From: Cetorhinus maximus
Lineage: Eukaryota
Direction of reading: 5' to 3'
NCBI RefSeq assembly: GCF_964194155.1
Contig: NC_135894.1
Coordinates: forward strand, 20,336,001 to 20,400,000
DNA: 64,000 bases
Shown here: piece by piece, positions 38,056-49,914 of the stretch
Layout of the letters: the number at the start of each line of letters is the position of its first letter
Position numbering within the stretch: position 1 is the first letter of the stretch
Position numbers and translations under genes: made by a program
Notes under the pieces: model-generated
What the model was told of the DNA's origin: nothing
Seen by the model: only the letters and a program-made list of their open reading frames with translations
Databases searched by the model: none

Positions 38056-38367
38056 ATGTTGGCCTGAAGCAGGTTGTGGAGGTTTGGTAGGGATGAGCCT
38101 ATGAAGGGATTTGAATATAAGGATGAGAATTTTAAATTTGAGCTGTTGGTGAATTGGGAGCCAAAGTAGGTCAACAGTGCACATGTGATAGGTTAACAGG
38201 ACTTGGTTCAAGTTACAATATGGGCAGTGTTTTAAGTTAAGTATTAACTACTTCTAATGCTGTGCCAAATACGGTTCTAAGTTTGCAATAAAAAAAGTCA
38301 ATGGAAGCCTAACACAAGCTACATTGCAAGCATTGTATGGTGTGTGAGTGGAACATAAATCACATTG

Positions 38368-38532
38368 CAAAAGCAAAATACTGCGACTGCTAGAAATCTA
38401 AAATAAAAACAGAAAATGCTGGAAAAACACAGCAGGTCTGGCAGAATATGTGGAGAGAGAAACAGTTAACGTTGAGTCATACAGACTCAAAATTAACCCT
38501 TGTTTCTCTCTCCACAGATGCTGCCAGATATG
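38368..38532. mobile_element. Short palindromic Penelope-derived element
   Basis: Inverted arms flanking a residual GAGTC-ATACA-GACTC hairpin. Confidence 0.7.
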
Positions 38533-39828
38533 AGTTATAAAAACAGGAAATGCTGGGGAAAAAAATCATTGTTTTGCTTTCAGTAATGAACTTACAAAGT
38601 CGCAGTTTTAATACAGTACTGTGGCTGGGAACAGGATGCAGATGCTTAGATAGCAACCAACATGTCAGTCAATGATGCTCATTATTACAAATGCATTGAA
38701 TGTTCTCCAACCCATTGTTATACTAAGGAAGCAATGCATATGTCAAGTGGTGACTGCTCCTCTTTCAACCTAGGGGACTAAGATTGCTGTCCTGGCTCGG
38801 CTCACGTTGCATAACTGAGGCTGAACCATCAATTGTACTTGGGAGTCCCTACTACGGTTCAGTGTTAGAATATGTGGTACATTTACATACTCAGTTTTCT
38901 ACTGTTTTAAGCTTCATTTTCATACAAATGGTCCCAAATAGCAAATATCCTAGCATATAAATTCCAGCAGGAGCTAATTCTACAGCCTTGTTTGCCTGAG
39001 GCCAGACTGTACTTCTGGATATGCTATGCCATAGCAAGGGAAAAAATGCAAAAAATCCCTAGAAATAGGGCACTTGTTGAAGATAAACAGTTACAAAGCC
39101 TCTGAAATCATGAAAGGGCAGATCCTTCTGCTGTAGAATGGAAAGCCCATTCAATCCAGAAATTAATAAAATCTGCTATAAGACATGCCAGCCCAATTGT
39201 AGACCTCTTAAAAATTTAAATTAAGGCACTAACCCTCTAAAATGCACTGACTTTCAGGGGAATGCATAAACTGTTAGGACTAATTCTTGATAATAGAAAA
39301 AAAATATATAGTTCAGAATGCAACTTTGTACATAACTGAAGGGAGTGGGGAGAATCACTTGACCAGGATGGTAGTGCTGTGGGATGAATTTCTTAGTATT
39401 CCAAGGTTTTTCATCCCTACTGGGTAAAGTCAAAGGAATGACTAAGAATGGTAAATGATGCATCTAAGTCCTCATTCTTTCAAAAGGATATATACATAAA
39501 GGATACAAACACCATCTGTTACATAACTGAGCATGAGTCTGAGGGATTTTAAGTGCAATTTATTTTCCCCAACCCATCGATCTCTCGTATGTTTCCAAAA
39601 TAAAACTACATCTTAAGAGTTTTGAAATTTTATTAACTCATTTGATACCATTTTCATGTACACTATTTAAATGTGGGGAGATGCATGCAAGGCTTTGTTC
39701 AGATCACTGACTTTAGTATCTTCGTTAATGTATGGCTTCATGATTAAAATCAATTAGTTCTACTGGTTGCCTCCGATTCAAAACCATCATTTGTGATTCC
39801 GCACTTCTTGTAAACACTTTATTCAACA

Positions 39829-39989
39829 TTATATGCAATGAAGAGGCTGATTACCATCAGTTACTGGTGAATTTGTAGCAGCATTTTTAAGTCTTTCTTC
39901 AAAAGGATGATAAACTTGTCGCACACAAGCTAAAGGACAGAACAGCTGGTCTGTTGGTGGAAAATCTTCCCACTTGATCCAATCCCATC
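39829..39989 (-). CDS. NUDT15: Nudix hydrolase 15 (MTH2), last coding exon; joined CDS is 516 nt = 171 aa + stop
   Basis: (G)[35 protein letters not shown]...LHCI* vs human [36 protein letters not shown]| acceptor; AATAAA 5 nt after the stop (39818-39823). Confidence 0.9.
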
Positions 39990-40806
39990 CTAGAATAAAG
40001 ACAAGCTCATGTGAAACTTATGTTTAATAATTAATAATACTTAATTGGATGTGAAATACTCTGGGCTGCTCTGAGGATGTGAGGGGTTATGTAAGTCTGA
40101 GTTCAATTGTTCTCAGCTCTGGCTCTGAAACAGCTGAGAACATGCAGAAACCCTTAAGTCTCAAATTCAAACTGCAAACTCAACTCCCACTTGTAGGATT
40201 TCAATTTGGCCTATGAGAGGTGAAAAAGGGCCATGTCCCATTTAACCAGATCCAGGAGCTTCAGCCAGTTGAAAATCACATAGCTTTCCAGAGCAGCTCA
40301 TAGTTTCCCTGCTTGCACAGGTTGGATCACCTTGTCTGCTTGGTCTGTGGGCTGTATGGTTATCTGGAGCTGAATTGTAAGAGTCCCTGGTTTAGCTTTT
40401 ACAGGTTCCATTCAGGAAACATCTTAGCCATGGTCTTTCAAAGGTCTCTTAATTCAGGAATTGTCCCTTTAGATCAGAAAACTGTAAATATTGCTCTGTT
40501 AATTAATGAAGGCTGGGGGGCGTTGTGAAGGTGGGCGGCTTCATTAATAATTATATTAATGACTTAATCATATATACGTTCAGCCAGGTTTGCTGATGGC
40601 ACAAACAATGTAAGTAATATAGATGAGAGCATAAAACTATCAAGACATTGAAAGATAAAATGACTGGGCAATACTGTGGCAGATGGATTTTGATACATGC
40701 AAGTGAAAGATCATCTGTTTTGGACCGAAAAGAATTAGATCTGCATTTTTTGTTACAATGGTGACACGCTTTGGGTTTGTTTGTTTACATACATTTTTAA
40801 TTATTA

Positions 40807-41562
40807 TCTTACAACCCCTGAAGTTAAAGAGATGGGTTAAAAGTGGTTGAAAGTTCAGTAATTTTGAAAAAAAAAGTAGAAACACCTTACTATATCCTAG
40901 TTACAGTGATCCAGGAACAGACACACAAAAGACAGGAGTTGAGAGGGAGCATTCAGTGTGTGAGAGAGAGAAGATAGGGATTTTAAGCTCTCTGAGAAGA
41001 AAAACTACAAGACTAGTGGACAGCAGTTAACTGAATAATCAGTTATAGGGCTCAATAAAGTGGTCAGTTTAGCAGAGGTGCTACTGGAAGATGAGTTTAG
41101 GAAACTAATTTATTTACTTTGCAGTTGAAGAAACTGAGTTTAGAGTGTGGTTTTTGGTGGTCTTGGGAAGAGATAAGAGTTGGATGAGAAGCATCAAGCG
41201 AAAAATCAGGAATTCACTGGAAGAAGACCATTTGCAACTGTGCCAGTCCTAGGCGAGAAGCCTTTTTGTCAAGCTAGTGGTGTCCCTTCACTGGTTTGCC
41301 TGTCTGTAAAGATTGCTGGGGTAAAGGAATTGTAGGAATTTTAATAGTCTTGTGTTTGTATTGAGATCTTACCATCCGTTTTTGCTGGTGTAATATAGTT
41401 CACTTTTCTTGTTTTAATAAATATTTTATTTTTATAAAAGTTCATCAGTAGACTCCTGTGCATTTTCCTCCATGGTTTGTAAAAAAACATTAGGATCTAT
41501 CAAGCCAGGTTTCATTCTGGGATATAATTTGTGCAGCATTAACAGCAGTTGGGATCGTAACA
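40807..41562 (+). mobile_element. Candidate solo LTR splitting a CR1 fragment in NUDT15 intron 2
   Basis: Imperfect inverted termini TCTTACAACCCC ... GGGATCGTAACA; internal AATAAA at ~41416; CR1 sequence on both sides. No clear TSD. Confidence 0.5.
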
Positions 41563-42890
41563 CTATATATTAGTATAGGGAGGAGCGCAGTGCAGATTCA
41601 CCAGAATGTTATCAGGATTCCAAGGGTTAAATTCTGAGGGGAGATTACATAAACTAGCTTTGTTATCCCTGGAACATAGGAGGTTAAGAGGTAATTTAAT
41701 AGCTGTTCTTAGGATTTTAAGAGCAATTGAAAGGGTGGGTAGAGAGAAACCTTTTCTGTTAGTAGGGAAGTCTAAGACACAACTATAAAATCAGAGCCAA
41801 GCCATTCACACAAGGTGGTAGAAGTGTGGCTCTCTCCCACAAAAAGCAGTAAATATTAACTCGATTAATAACTTTAAATCTAATATTGATAGATTTTTGC
41901 TAGCCAAGGGTATTAAGGGATATGGAGTCAGGACGGGTGGATGGAGTTAGGATAGAGATCAGCCATGATCTCAATGCATGGCAGAATAGGCTTGAGGCCA
42001 AATATCCTACTCCTGTTAAATGTTTTTCTGACTGGTTAATCATCAACAATCATGGTAGAATATAGGCTAAACAAGTTTTGTCTCCAATGAATAAATTATA
42101 TGATTCCAAACTCCCATTGCTAAATGAGTCATTCTGAAGCCATTTTGATCCCAAAGAGACCCCCAGGATAATCAATATTTGGTATAAACAGTAACCGATG
42201 AGAGGTGTGCACTCTCACTGCATGGGTAGCTGAACTGACTGGAATTTCTGCTTCAAGAGTCAAATTATCACACCCCATTTCAACCGTACTTTTTGCTCTG
42301 TAAATCTCAACATTTTGGGATGCAAAGAATACTGGGACAAAATTTGAGGCAATATAGCTTAAAACCAGTCATGCGTTCATCTCTGGAGTCAATCTCATTG
42401 TTATAAACATGAGTAAACCTAGTAGTATGTACATGTAGCACATAAAACATTTTTTAAATGAATATAAAAAAGCCGACAACATAAATGAAGTACTCTGCTG
42501 GATTCAAAAATTTCAGACAGATCAGTGTCAGTGTGGGGAGAATCAATATAAATATACTTTAATATCAATGCTAAAGCATTTCTGCTTGTTCTGTTTCATT
42601 ATTGATGTGCTTTTAAAAACACATGTTAGTGGCTGGGTCAAATATTATAAGTACTTCTACAATGAGTATTGAGGCCAAGATTGCTGTAAAGACTCGTTCT
42701 GGAGAATTAATTTTGTCTTGAAGTCATAAGTTAATACAACATAGCGTTAGAAAATATTTCACATTTCTTTTATAAACAACGTAAAATAGAAAGACACTGT
42801 GAGGGGATAAGGGGTTCCGAGGCTGTGAACAGATTTACAATCATGCTCAAATCACTTGTACAAAGGTAGAACTTAATGTAACAAATTTAC

Positions 42891-43087
42891 CCTCATTCTT
42901 CTGTGGTTCTAAATTCTTTGGCTCTGAATCGTAGTCCATATTGACTACTCCTTGCATGAAAATTGTGACGTAGTGATAATTTTCTTCTAACTTGATGCTA
43001 TTTACAACAGTTGCGAAGTACACATTCTTCAAGTGAAGCCCTGTCTCTTCAAGAACTTCCCGTTTAGCACAATCTTCCCAGCTTTCT
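42891..43087 (-). CDS. NUDT15: NUDT15 coding exon 2 (197 nt), containing most of the Nudix box
   Basis: [65 protein letters not shown]; TAG| acceptor and |GTAAAT donor. Confidence 0.96.
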
Positions 43088-44110
43088 CTATTAAAATTAA
43101 TGAGTTTAAAAAGAAGCCATGTCAAAACAAATTCTCAAACTCTTCAAACTTATTTACAAAGGCTGTCTAAAATTAAGTTCTAGCGTGGCATATACAAAGA
43201 AATCCCAATCCAGGTCTCATTTTCAAATTTCCATTTACAGCAGATAGAGGCTATTCTGCCCAGTGTCTTTGTCTTGTTAATTCTTTAGTTGATTGAACTG
43301 CACTATAAACTGTACTCTTGGTTTTCCCTCCCGTCCTCATAAATCAAGGAAAATATCATGAATAAAACTGAAAGGTATAACGTGTTGGGTATTCCAATAT
43401 TTGCATCTATGACAGTCTCCATCAGGCCTTTCCCTACTTCAAGTACTTGATCTACTTCATGTATGTTCCAGTCATATACAGTGCAAGTCCTCACTTAGAG
43501 TTATAATTGTGTTCCTGAAAAGTGCAACTTCAAGTGAAACAACTTTAAACAAATCAGATTTTCCCATTAAAACCAATGTAAAAGCTGTAGATAGATTCCG
43601 TAGGACCTTTGTCAGAAGAAAAGAAACATTCTAAGTGAAATACCTTACATTGCTAAATTCCTATGCTGGTAAATGAAATAACTTGAAAAAAGTAAATTTT
43701 AAAAATTAACAGAAATATGTTAACTTTCCACTTACCTCCTACTCGCTGCCTCTCCTGCTCACCATCAATCCTGCTTGCCAAACCCAATCACCACACATCT
43801 GGCTCCCTCACCCACCCAGTCCCTACAGATCTTTCTTCTCACTGACCCCCTAACTCATGGTCTCTGCCACTCCTTGACCCTCCCTCTCCCCACAGACCAT
43901 CCAATTCACAGCCTCTGCCACTCCCTGATCCTCCAGGTGACTGCAGACCCTTCCTCTCACCAATCCTCCTACTCCCCTTTCCCAAACCCTCGCTGTGAGC
44001 GAGGACTCAGTAGACAACTGGCGAGAGGCAGGAAGAGCAGCTTCGACTTTCAGGAGGTAAGCCACAAGCTGGAGGGTTGGCAATGAGATGAAGGGTCAAG
44101 GGCCAGCGAT

Positions 44111-45070
44111 AATAAAAACAGAAAATGCTGGAAAAACTCAGCAAGTCTAGCAGCATCTGTGGAGAGAGAAACAGAGTTAATGTTTCGAGTCCATGTGGCT
44201 TCTTCAGAGCTGGGGAGGTAGAAATGTGATGGATTTTATACTATTTAAAGTGGGGGGTGGGGGTGGCGATGGAACGAAATAGAAGGTCAGGGATAGACAG
44301 GAGCTCAGGTGAGATTTGACAAAGATGTCACTGACACAAGACAAAGGGGCTGTCATTGGTAGTGTTAAAGACTGAGGAAGGTGCTAATGTGGCATAAAGG
44401 CAAGACAGCAGAATATGTCAATAGCATAACAAGAGTCAACACTCTTTGAAAGGAAAACATAAGAACAAGTTACAGATGACTTGGGGGGGGGGGGGGGTGT
44501 GTGTGTGGCTGGGAAAAATAATTTTTAAAAGATCAAAATGGAGGACAGGGTTCATGACCTGAAGTTGTTATACTCATTGTTAAGTCCAGAAAGCTATAAA
44601 AGTGCCTAATCGGAAGATGAGGTGCAATTCCTCCAGGTTGCATTGGGCTTCACCGGAAGATTGCAGCAAGCTAAGGACAGAAATGTGGGCATGAGATGGT
44701 GAATTGAAATGGCAAGTGACAGGAAGGTGGGAGTCATGCTTGTGGACTGAGCGAAGGTGTTCCACCCAGTCAACGTTCAGTCTCCCCAATGTAGCGGGGA
44801 CTCCCTTTGTCTTGAGTCCATGACAACTCTGTCAAGTCTACTGAGCTCCTACCTATCCCTAAGCCTCTATTTTGCTCCACCTGCTCTACATCCCCACCTC
44901 TTCAACAGGATAAATCCATCACATTTCTACCTCTCTTCAGCTCTGAAGAAAAGTCATACGGGCTCAAAAGGTTAACTCTGTTTCTCTCTTCACAGATGCT
45001 GCCAGACTTGCTAAGTTTTTCCAGCATTTTCTGTTTTTATTTCAGCATCCGCAGTATTTTGCTTTTATTT
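44111..45070 (-). mobile_element. Penelope-like element 3' portion (GIY-YIG C-terminus) with inverted terminal arms
   Basis: ORF 44580..44789 HLRSVHKHDSHLPVTCHFN..LEELHLIFRLGT; inverted arm at 44803-45070; hammerhead motifs at ~44175-44211(-) and ~44939-44977(+). Confidence 0.85.
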
Positions 45071-45164
45071 TAGGTCATGGAGTGGCAGAGCCAGTCCAAA
45101 ATGGCGCCAATCAGGTCACGCAGCCCTACATTAGACCCGACGCAAAATGACCTTAAGATGAAAC

Positions 45165-45811
45165 AAAAACAGAATTACCTGGAAAAACTCGGCTGGTCTG
45201 GCAGCATCGGTGGAGAAGAAAACAGTTGACGTTTCGAGTCCTCATGACCCTTCGGCAGAACTGAAGTATAGTTAGGAGAGGGGTGAAATATAAGCTGGTC
45301 TAAGGTGGGGGGCGGGGGGAGAGAGAAGTTGAGGGTGGGGTGGTTGTGGGGATAAGCAAGCAGTGATAGGAGCAGATAATCAAAAGATGTCACAGACAAA
45401 AGGATCAAAGAGGTGTTGAAGGTGGTGATATTATCTAAGAAAAGTGCTAATTAAGAATGGATGGCAGGACACTCAAGGTACAGCTCTAGTGGGGGTGGGG
45501 TGGAAAGACTAACAAAGTATTCGTTGTAGATTTAAAAATAATGGAAATAGGTGGGACGGTTAACCTGGGCTTGTTCCCGGTAATAAGCCCCGGTGCTGCA
45601 TACACGAGACTTGCAGCGTCTTATTTGGGATTTGGAGCTGACAACAGCTATTTATGAAGCCTCCTCTCCCTCCCCATTGCCCCATCCAATTCCCGACTCC
45701 CTTCCTTCCTCTATCCCGCTGACTCTAACCCGTTGCAAGAAGCGTCTCCAGCACTGGCAGGGTTCTCGTTTTGGATTTCCAGCATCCGCAGTAGCTTTTA
45801 GCTTTTTGTTT
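45165..45811 (-). mobile_element. Penelope-derived non-autonomous element of a second subfamily, with a 17-bp TSD
   Basis: TGACCTTAAGATGAAAC at 45148-45164 and 45812-45828; hammerhead-like fold at 45223-45263. Confidence 0.8.
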
Positions 45812-46585
45812 TGACCTTAAGATGAAACTCATTATGCTAAACAAAAATACAGACCCCATTCATTGACATTAAAGCAAAATGATTTAAAACAGGACATCTT
45901 CAAACAGGGACTTGCTGTAGTCCATTTAGGCTCTTAATTCCACCCCACCCCCAAACTAGCCCCTGCTTCAGCTCTGATTGCTGATGGCAAAAGGCACATG
46001 TGGAGAAATCACTGTGATGCAGCATGTCAATACACAAGCACTATGCCAAGCCCCCTCAATTTTGTAATCCCTAGTGTAAATAGTAAGAGGATAATCAAAG
46101 CAAGGGTGGGGCCAAAAGGAGATCATCTTGTGGAGGCAGAGGCACTTTGCCTCTATCATCACTGGAAAAGAGGATGCTGCCATTGCAGCAGTAAAGGAGT
46201 TGCGGTTATAATGGACAGGATAAAAAGGGAGGTAATTAAAAGGTTGGCCATAAATCTTTGAGATCACTCGCTCCAGTCAGGATGTTGAGGGAAATAAGGG
46301 TGGAAATTGAAGAAGCTCTAGTCAGAATTCTCCAAACTTCCTCGGATTTAGCGGTGCTGTTAGAGAAGGTTCCCAACCCGTTAACACTACAGAACTTCAA
46401 TAACTGATTCCAATGGCTGTTAACTTTGCATTTTGGACCCAACTGTGTTAAGTTGGGATGCAACAACTGGTTAATCCATTTTAAAAAGGAAACCCTGCGA
46501 TATGAATGAAAGACTGTGAACTGCAGAAGCCCCCGCCATCATTCCAATGTGACCATGAATAGTGGTGCAGAGAGAGAGACTGTAC

Positions 46586-46743
46586 CCGAATTCCAGGTGG
46601 CCCCCAGGTAGCTGGAAAGTACCTGCGCCGATAGAGCCTTTCCTTTTACCCAGCAGGACACAGCCCGATCGCTCCCGGCAGGTCACCACAACCGCTACTC
46701 CTACTCCCGGCCGCCGCGCCGGACTCCAGCCGCTACAAGCCAT
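46586..46743 (-). CDS. NUDT15: NUDT15 coding exon 1 (158 nt)
   Basis: [52 protein letters not shown](G) vs human [44 protein letters not shown]; donor |GTACAG. Confidence 0.96.
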
Positions 46744-46789
46744 CCAAAGCCAGAGAGATAGCGACCCGCACTGAGAGTTAACACACACA

Positions 46790-46935
46790 CCAACTCCGGG
46801 TAGACTGAGTGCGGCCCGGGGCGCCTGCGCGGACCGGTTACTATAGAGGGGGTGGGGTGTGCGCATGCGCGGGGCGTTCCGGTTGTTTCATTGATAACTT
46901 GTCTGCAGCGTAACCTGCCCCCCCCTGCCGCACTA
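46790..46935 (-). promoter_or_regulatory. NUDT15 CpG promoter with NRF1 sites and an ETS-like TTCCGG
   Basis: TGCGCATGCGCG at 46860-46871, GCGCCTGCGC at 46821-46830, TTCCGG at ~46877. Confidence 0.7.
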
Positions 46936-47566
46936 GCAGAACAGCTCTGATCAAAACCCTTCGTGACATGTGTAAACTATCCCTCCTGTCTGTACATGGG
47001 CACCATCCTGCTCCAATGACCCTTCACCGTCATTCGCGCCTGGGTTCATTCTTACACATAAGATCAGTTCTATCACATACCCGTTGTCACATATCACTTA
47101 TCAATTACAGTTATCACTGGCACAAGCCTCTCTTCCTGCTCCCTCGCTGTTACCTGTGGCGTCCCCCAAGGATCCATCCTTGGCTCCCTCCCAATCCACA
47201 GAACCATTTCGGCACAGAAGGCGGCCCTTTGGCCCATCGTGTCTGCACCGGTTCCCCCAAAACAGCAATTCGTCAAGTGCCAGCCTCCCACTTTCTCCCC
47301 GTATGAAATTCTTTCTTTTCAGACAACAGTTTAATTCCCATTTGAATGCTTTGATTGGACCTTCCTCCACCACACACTCAGGAAATGCATTCCAGATCTT
47401 GACCACTTGCTGCGTGAAAAAGCACTTTTGCCAATTTCTTTAAACCCGTGTCCTTTCGTTCTCGATCCTTTCATGAGTAGGAATAGTTTCTCCCTATCTA
47501 CTCTGTTCACCAGCTTGCTGCCCTCGGCAACATCATTCAAAAGCACAGTGTTAGCTTTCACAGATT

Positions 47567-47910
47567 CCTGGTTATATTCTGCTCGGCAAAAGGAAAGGCT
47601 TGATAGGAGCAGGTAATTTCCAGCTACCAGGGGCTACCTGGAATTCGGGTATAGTCTCTGCAACGGATTAATGATCAAATTGTAATGAATGCAGCAATGT
47701 CTTTCTTTCATATCTCAATTAGTTTCCTTTTTGGAATGGATTAACCAGTTCTTGCATTCCAACTTCTCACAAATTTGAAGTCAAATGCAAAGTGAATTAG
47801 TCATTGGAATGTTATTGAAGCTTCATAATGTTAACAGGTTGAGAATCTCCTCTAACATCACTTCTATATACGAGGAAGATTGGAAAATTGTGACCAGAGT
47901 GTCCTCAATT
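47567..47910 (+). pseudogene. NUDT15: Inverted, decayed partial duplicate of NUDT15 exon 1 and the start of intron 1
   Basis: Plus strand reads PGYILLGKRKGLIGAGNFQLPG-(1-nt deletion)-YLEFG|GTATAG, then sequence alignable by eye to NUDT15 intron 1 (46305-46585, minus strand). Confidence 0.9.
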
Positions 47911-48355
47911 AGCTGATAGCATCCAGCTCTACCACTACTTCCCTGGGCTTCCACACTACTGTAGCCAGTTTGGAGGAACAGGGAGACTCAGTCGGTGATG
48001 GCAGCCACAATCTTGTGAGACAGTGGAGTGGAACTTGGCAGCTGTAGATCTAACAAGGTGCCTGTCAGTGGAGCATCAGAGGGGAGTTACAGTCACATCA
48101 TACCCATAAAGCTTATTGGGAGATGGACACAACTTTTAAAAACCAACATGACATATGACACTGTGCCTTCATAAAATGGACCCCAGTCAGGTAACTTCTT
48201 TTGTGGTGCCTGTATGGACATGTCTGCACATATCTCTGGGAAGTTACTTAGAATGTAAATGGCCTTCCCAGGTTCTGAAGGGTTCTCAAAATTCCCACAT
48301 TTTTCATATCATCAACAAGGATATGACTTTTGGACTTTTAAACTGCTGAGTTAAG

Positions 48356-49497
48356 TGTAAAACCCTGCAGACAGGAGGCTGGGACCATGAAGGCCTGAGG
48401 CTGCACATGCCCAGGCTGATAGAGTGCAGTGTGGATTGTTTTGCCTGCAACCAGACAACGAGAGGAGACAGAATACACATTCTTCCCTTTAATACAATCA
48501 ACTCAGAGAAAGACTTCAACTCATACGGAACTGAAGCCCATCAAAATCTTTCATAAATAATCGCTACTAACTACTAAGGCAGGAAGGCACAATCAATTCA
48601 ATTATGCGAACCCATCAATACTCCACACATACAATGGCTTTCAGTTCAAAACTAGTTACTAGGCAGGAAGACAATGATAAACATCATGCGAGCCCATTAA
48701 AAACAACGAGACAACAATCACCGGGGGAAGCCCACCAAAGTCAAACAAAGAACTAACCTTGATTTGGATTCCGATAAGAAATTCGAAAGACAGTATAACT
48801 GGCCAGTCAGTTACGAAGGAGAGGGAGAGAAACCAGCTAGCAGGCAGTGAGCAGTTGGGAGCAGTTGAAACAGAGCTTAAGCAAGAAGATCTGGAGGTTT
48901 TGCAGGCCCGCAAGCAACATCACGGCATGGGGCACGGGGTGGCAGGCTCAACCGAAGACAAGGCCACAACCGCAGCCCTCCACGAAGATCGAGCACCCAC
49001 AACCGTGTCCTTCATTCAACAGGCCCCAGAGGACACAAAGAGCGTAACCCAAAACTGCAACCGGCTTACCTGGCTGAATTTCCAACTGTCAAGGAACCCT
49101 GGGTTGGTGAGCATGATCCCTGACCTCTCCTAGTTTAATTTAGTTAGGTTTTGGGGGTGGGACAAGGGTAAGGGGATTAGTAGCGTGATTTTTCCCTCAT
49201 TATGCCGTGTGTTCCCCATTCTTAACTAAGTGTACTTTGTAAGTCTGTATAATCTCAGTGTAATCCTAATGTTATAAATTCATAATGTTATAAGACTTCA
49301 ATAAACTCAGTTTTTCTTGCACCAAAACCAGTTGTCTGCTGCACTTTGTCACAGCCCCCAAATAAGTCCAAGGTCTAGAACCCAGGGAGTGGGAGCGATT
49401 CGAACCGCTTAGAAGTCAGAGGCAAAACTGACACACACTACCACCCCCTGCAGTTCTGATTGACCACCCCTCACTATTTCAATGGAGGCGAGTTACA
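48356..49497 (+). mobile_element. Candidate solo LTR (TGTAA...TTACA)
   Basis: Inverted 5-nt termini, AATAAA at ~49300, LTR-like composition; no matching TSD found. Confidence 0.4.
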
Positions 49498-49914
49498 ATG
49501 ACAATGGCTGCCAGGTTGGCTGGTCCCATGAAGAAGGAATTTCAAATGAAGACATTTCAGAGGCTAATCATAGCTGGAATGTCAATGAGATAACAGCCAT
49601 CCTCCATTGTGTGGTGATTGCTTAGCTGTCAACGCCTTATGTGGACAATGGAAAACATTGATACTGGTGTCACATGACAGAAACTGGCTTGTGACAGGAA
49701 ATGCCTTATTAATCCACAAGAGCAGCCCAGCAGGTCAGTCTGGGATACTTCAGGTGGCAGCCATTTCTCACCCAATGCAAGGGAGGAATTTGCTCAAAAG
49801 TCACCTTAGGCAGAGAAGAGAGGCTTATTTGTTTTACCTGCAAGGCTTCACTACAGAAACTTGGCCACAATTACGTCTGAGTCAGCCAGAAACCTCCAAC
49901 CTCCATTCTTTCCA

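Larger units (their letters stand above)
43479..45917. mobile_element. Tigger/pogo-like non-autonomous DNA element with TA target duplication, containing two Penelope-derived insertions
   Basis: TA|CAGTGCAAGTCC... at the left end and ...GGGACTTGCTG|TA at the right end (imperfect TIRs). Confidence 0.5.

Noticed and set aside
46744-46866. N-terminal extension of NUDT15 from the upstream in-frame ATG at 46866
   Set aside because: That ATG lies within the NRF1 promoter palindrome, probably upstream of the TSS; the ATG at 46743 gives an exon length matching the human N-terminus.
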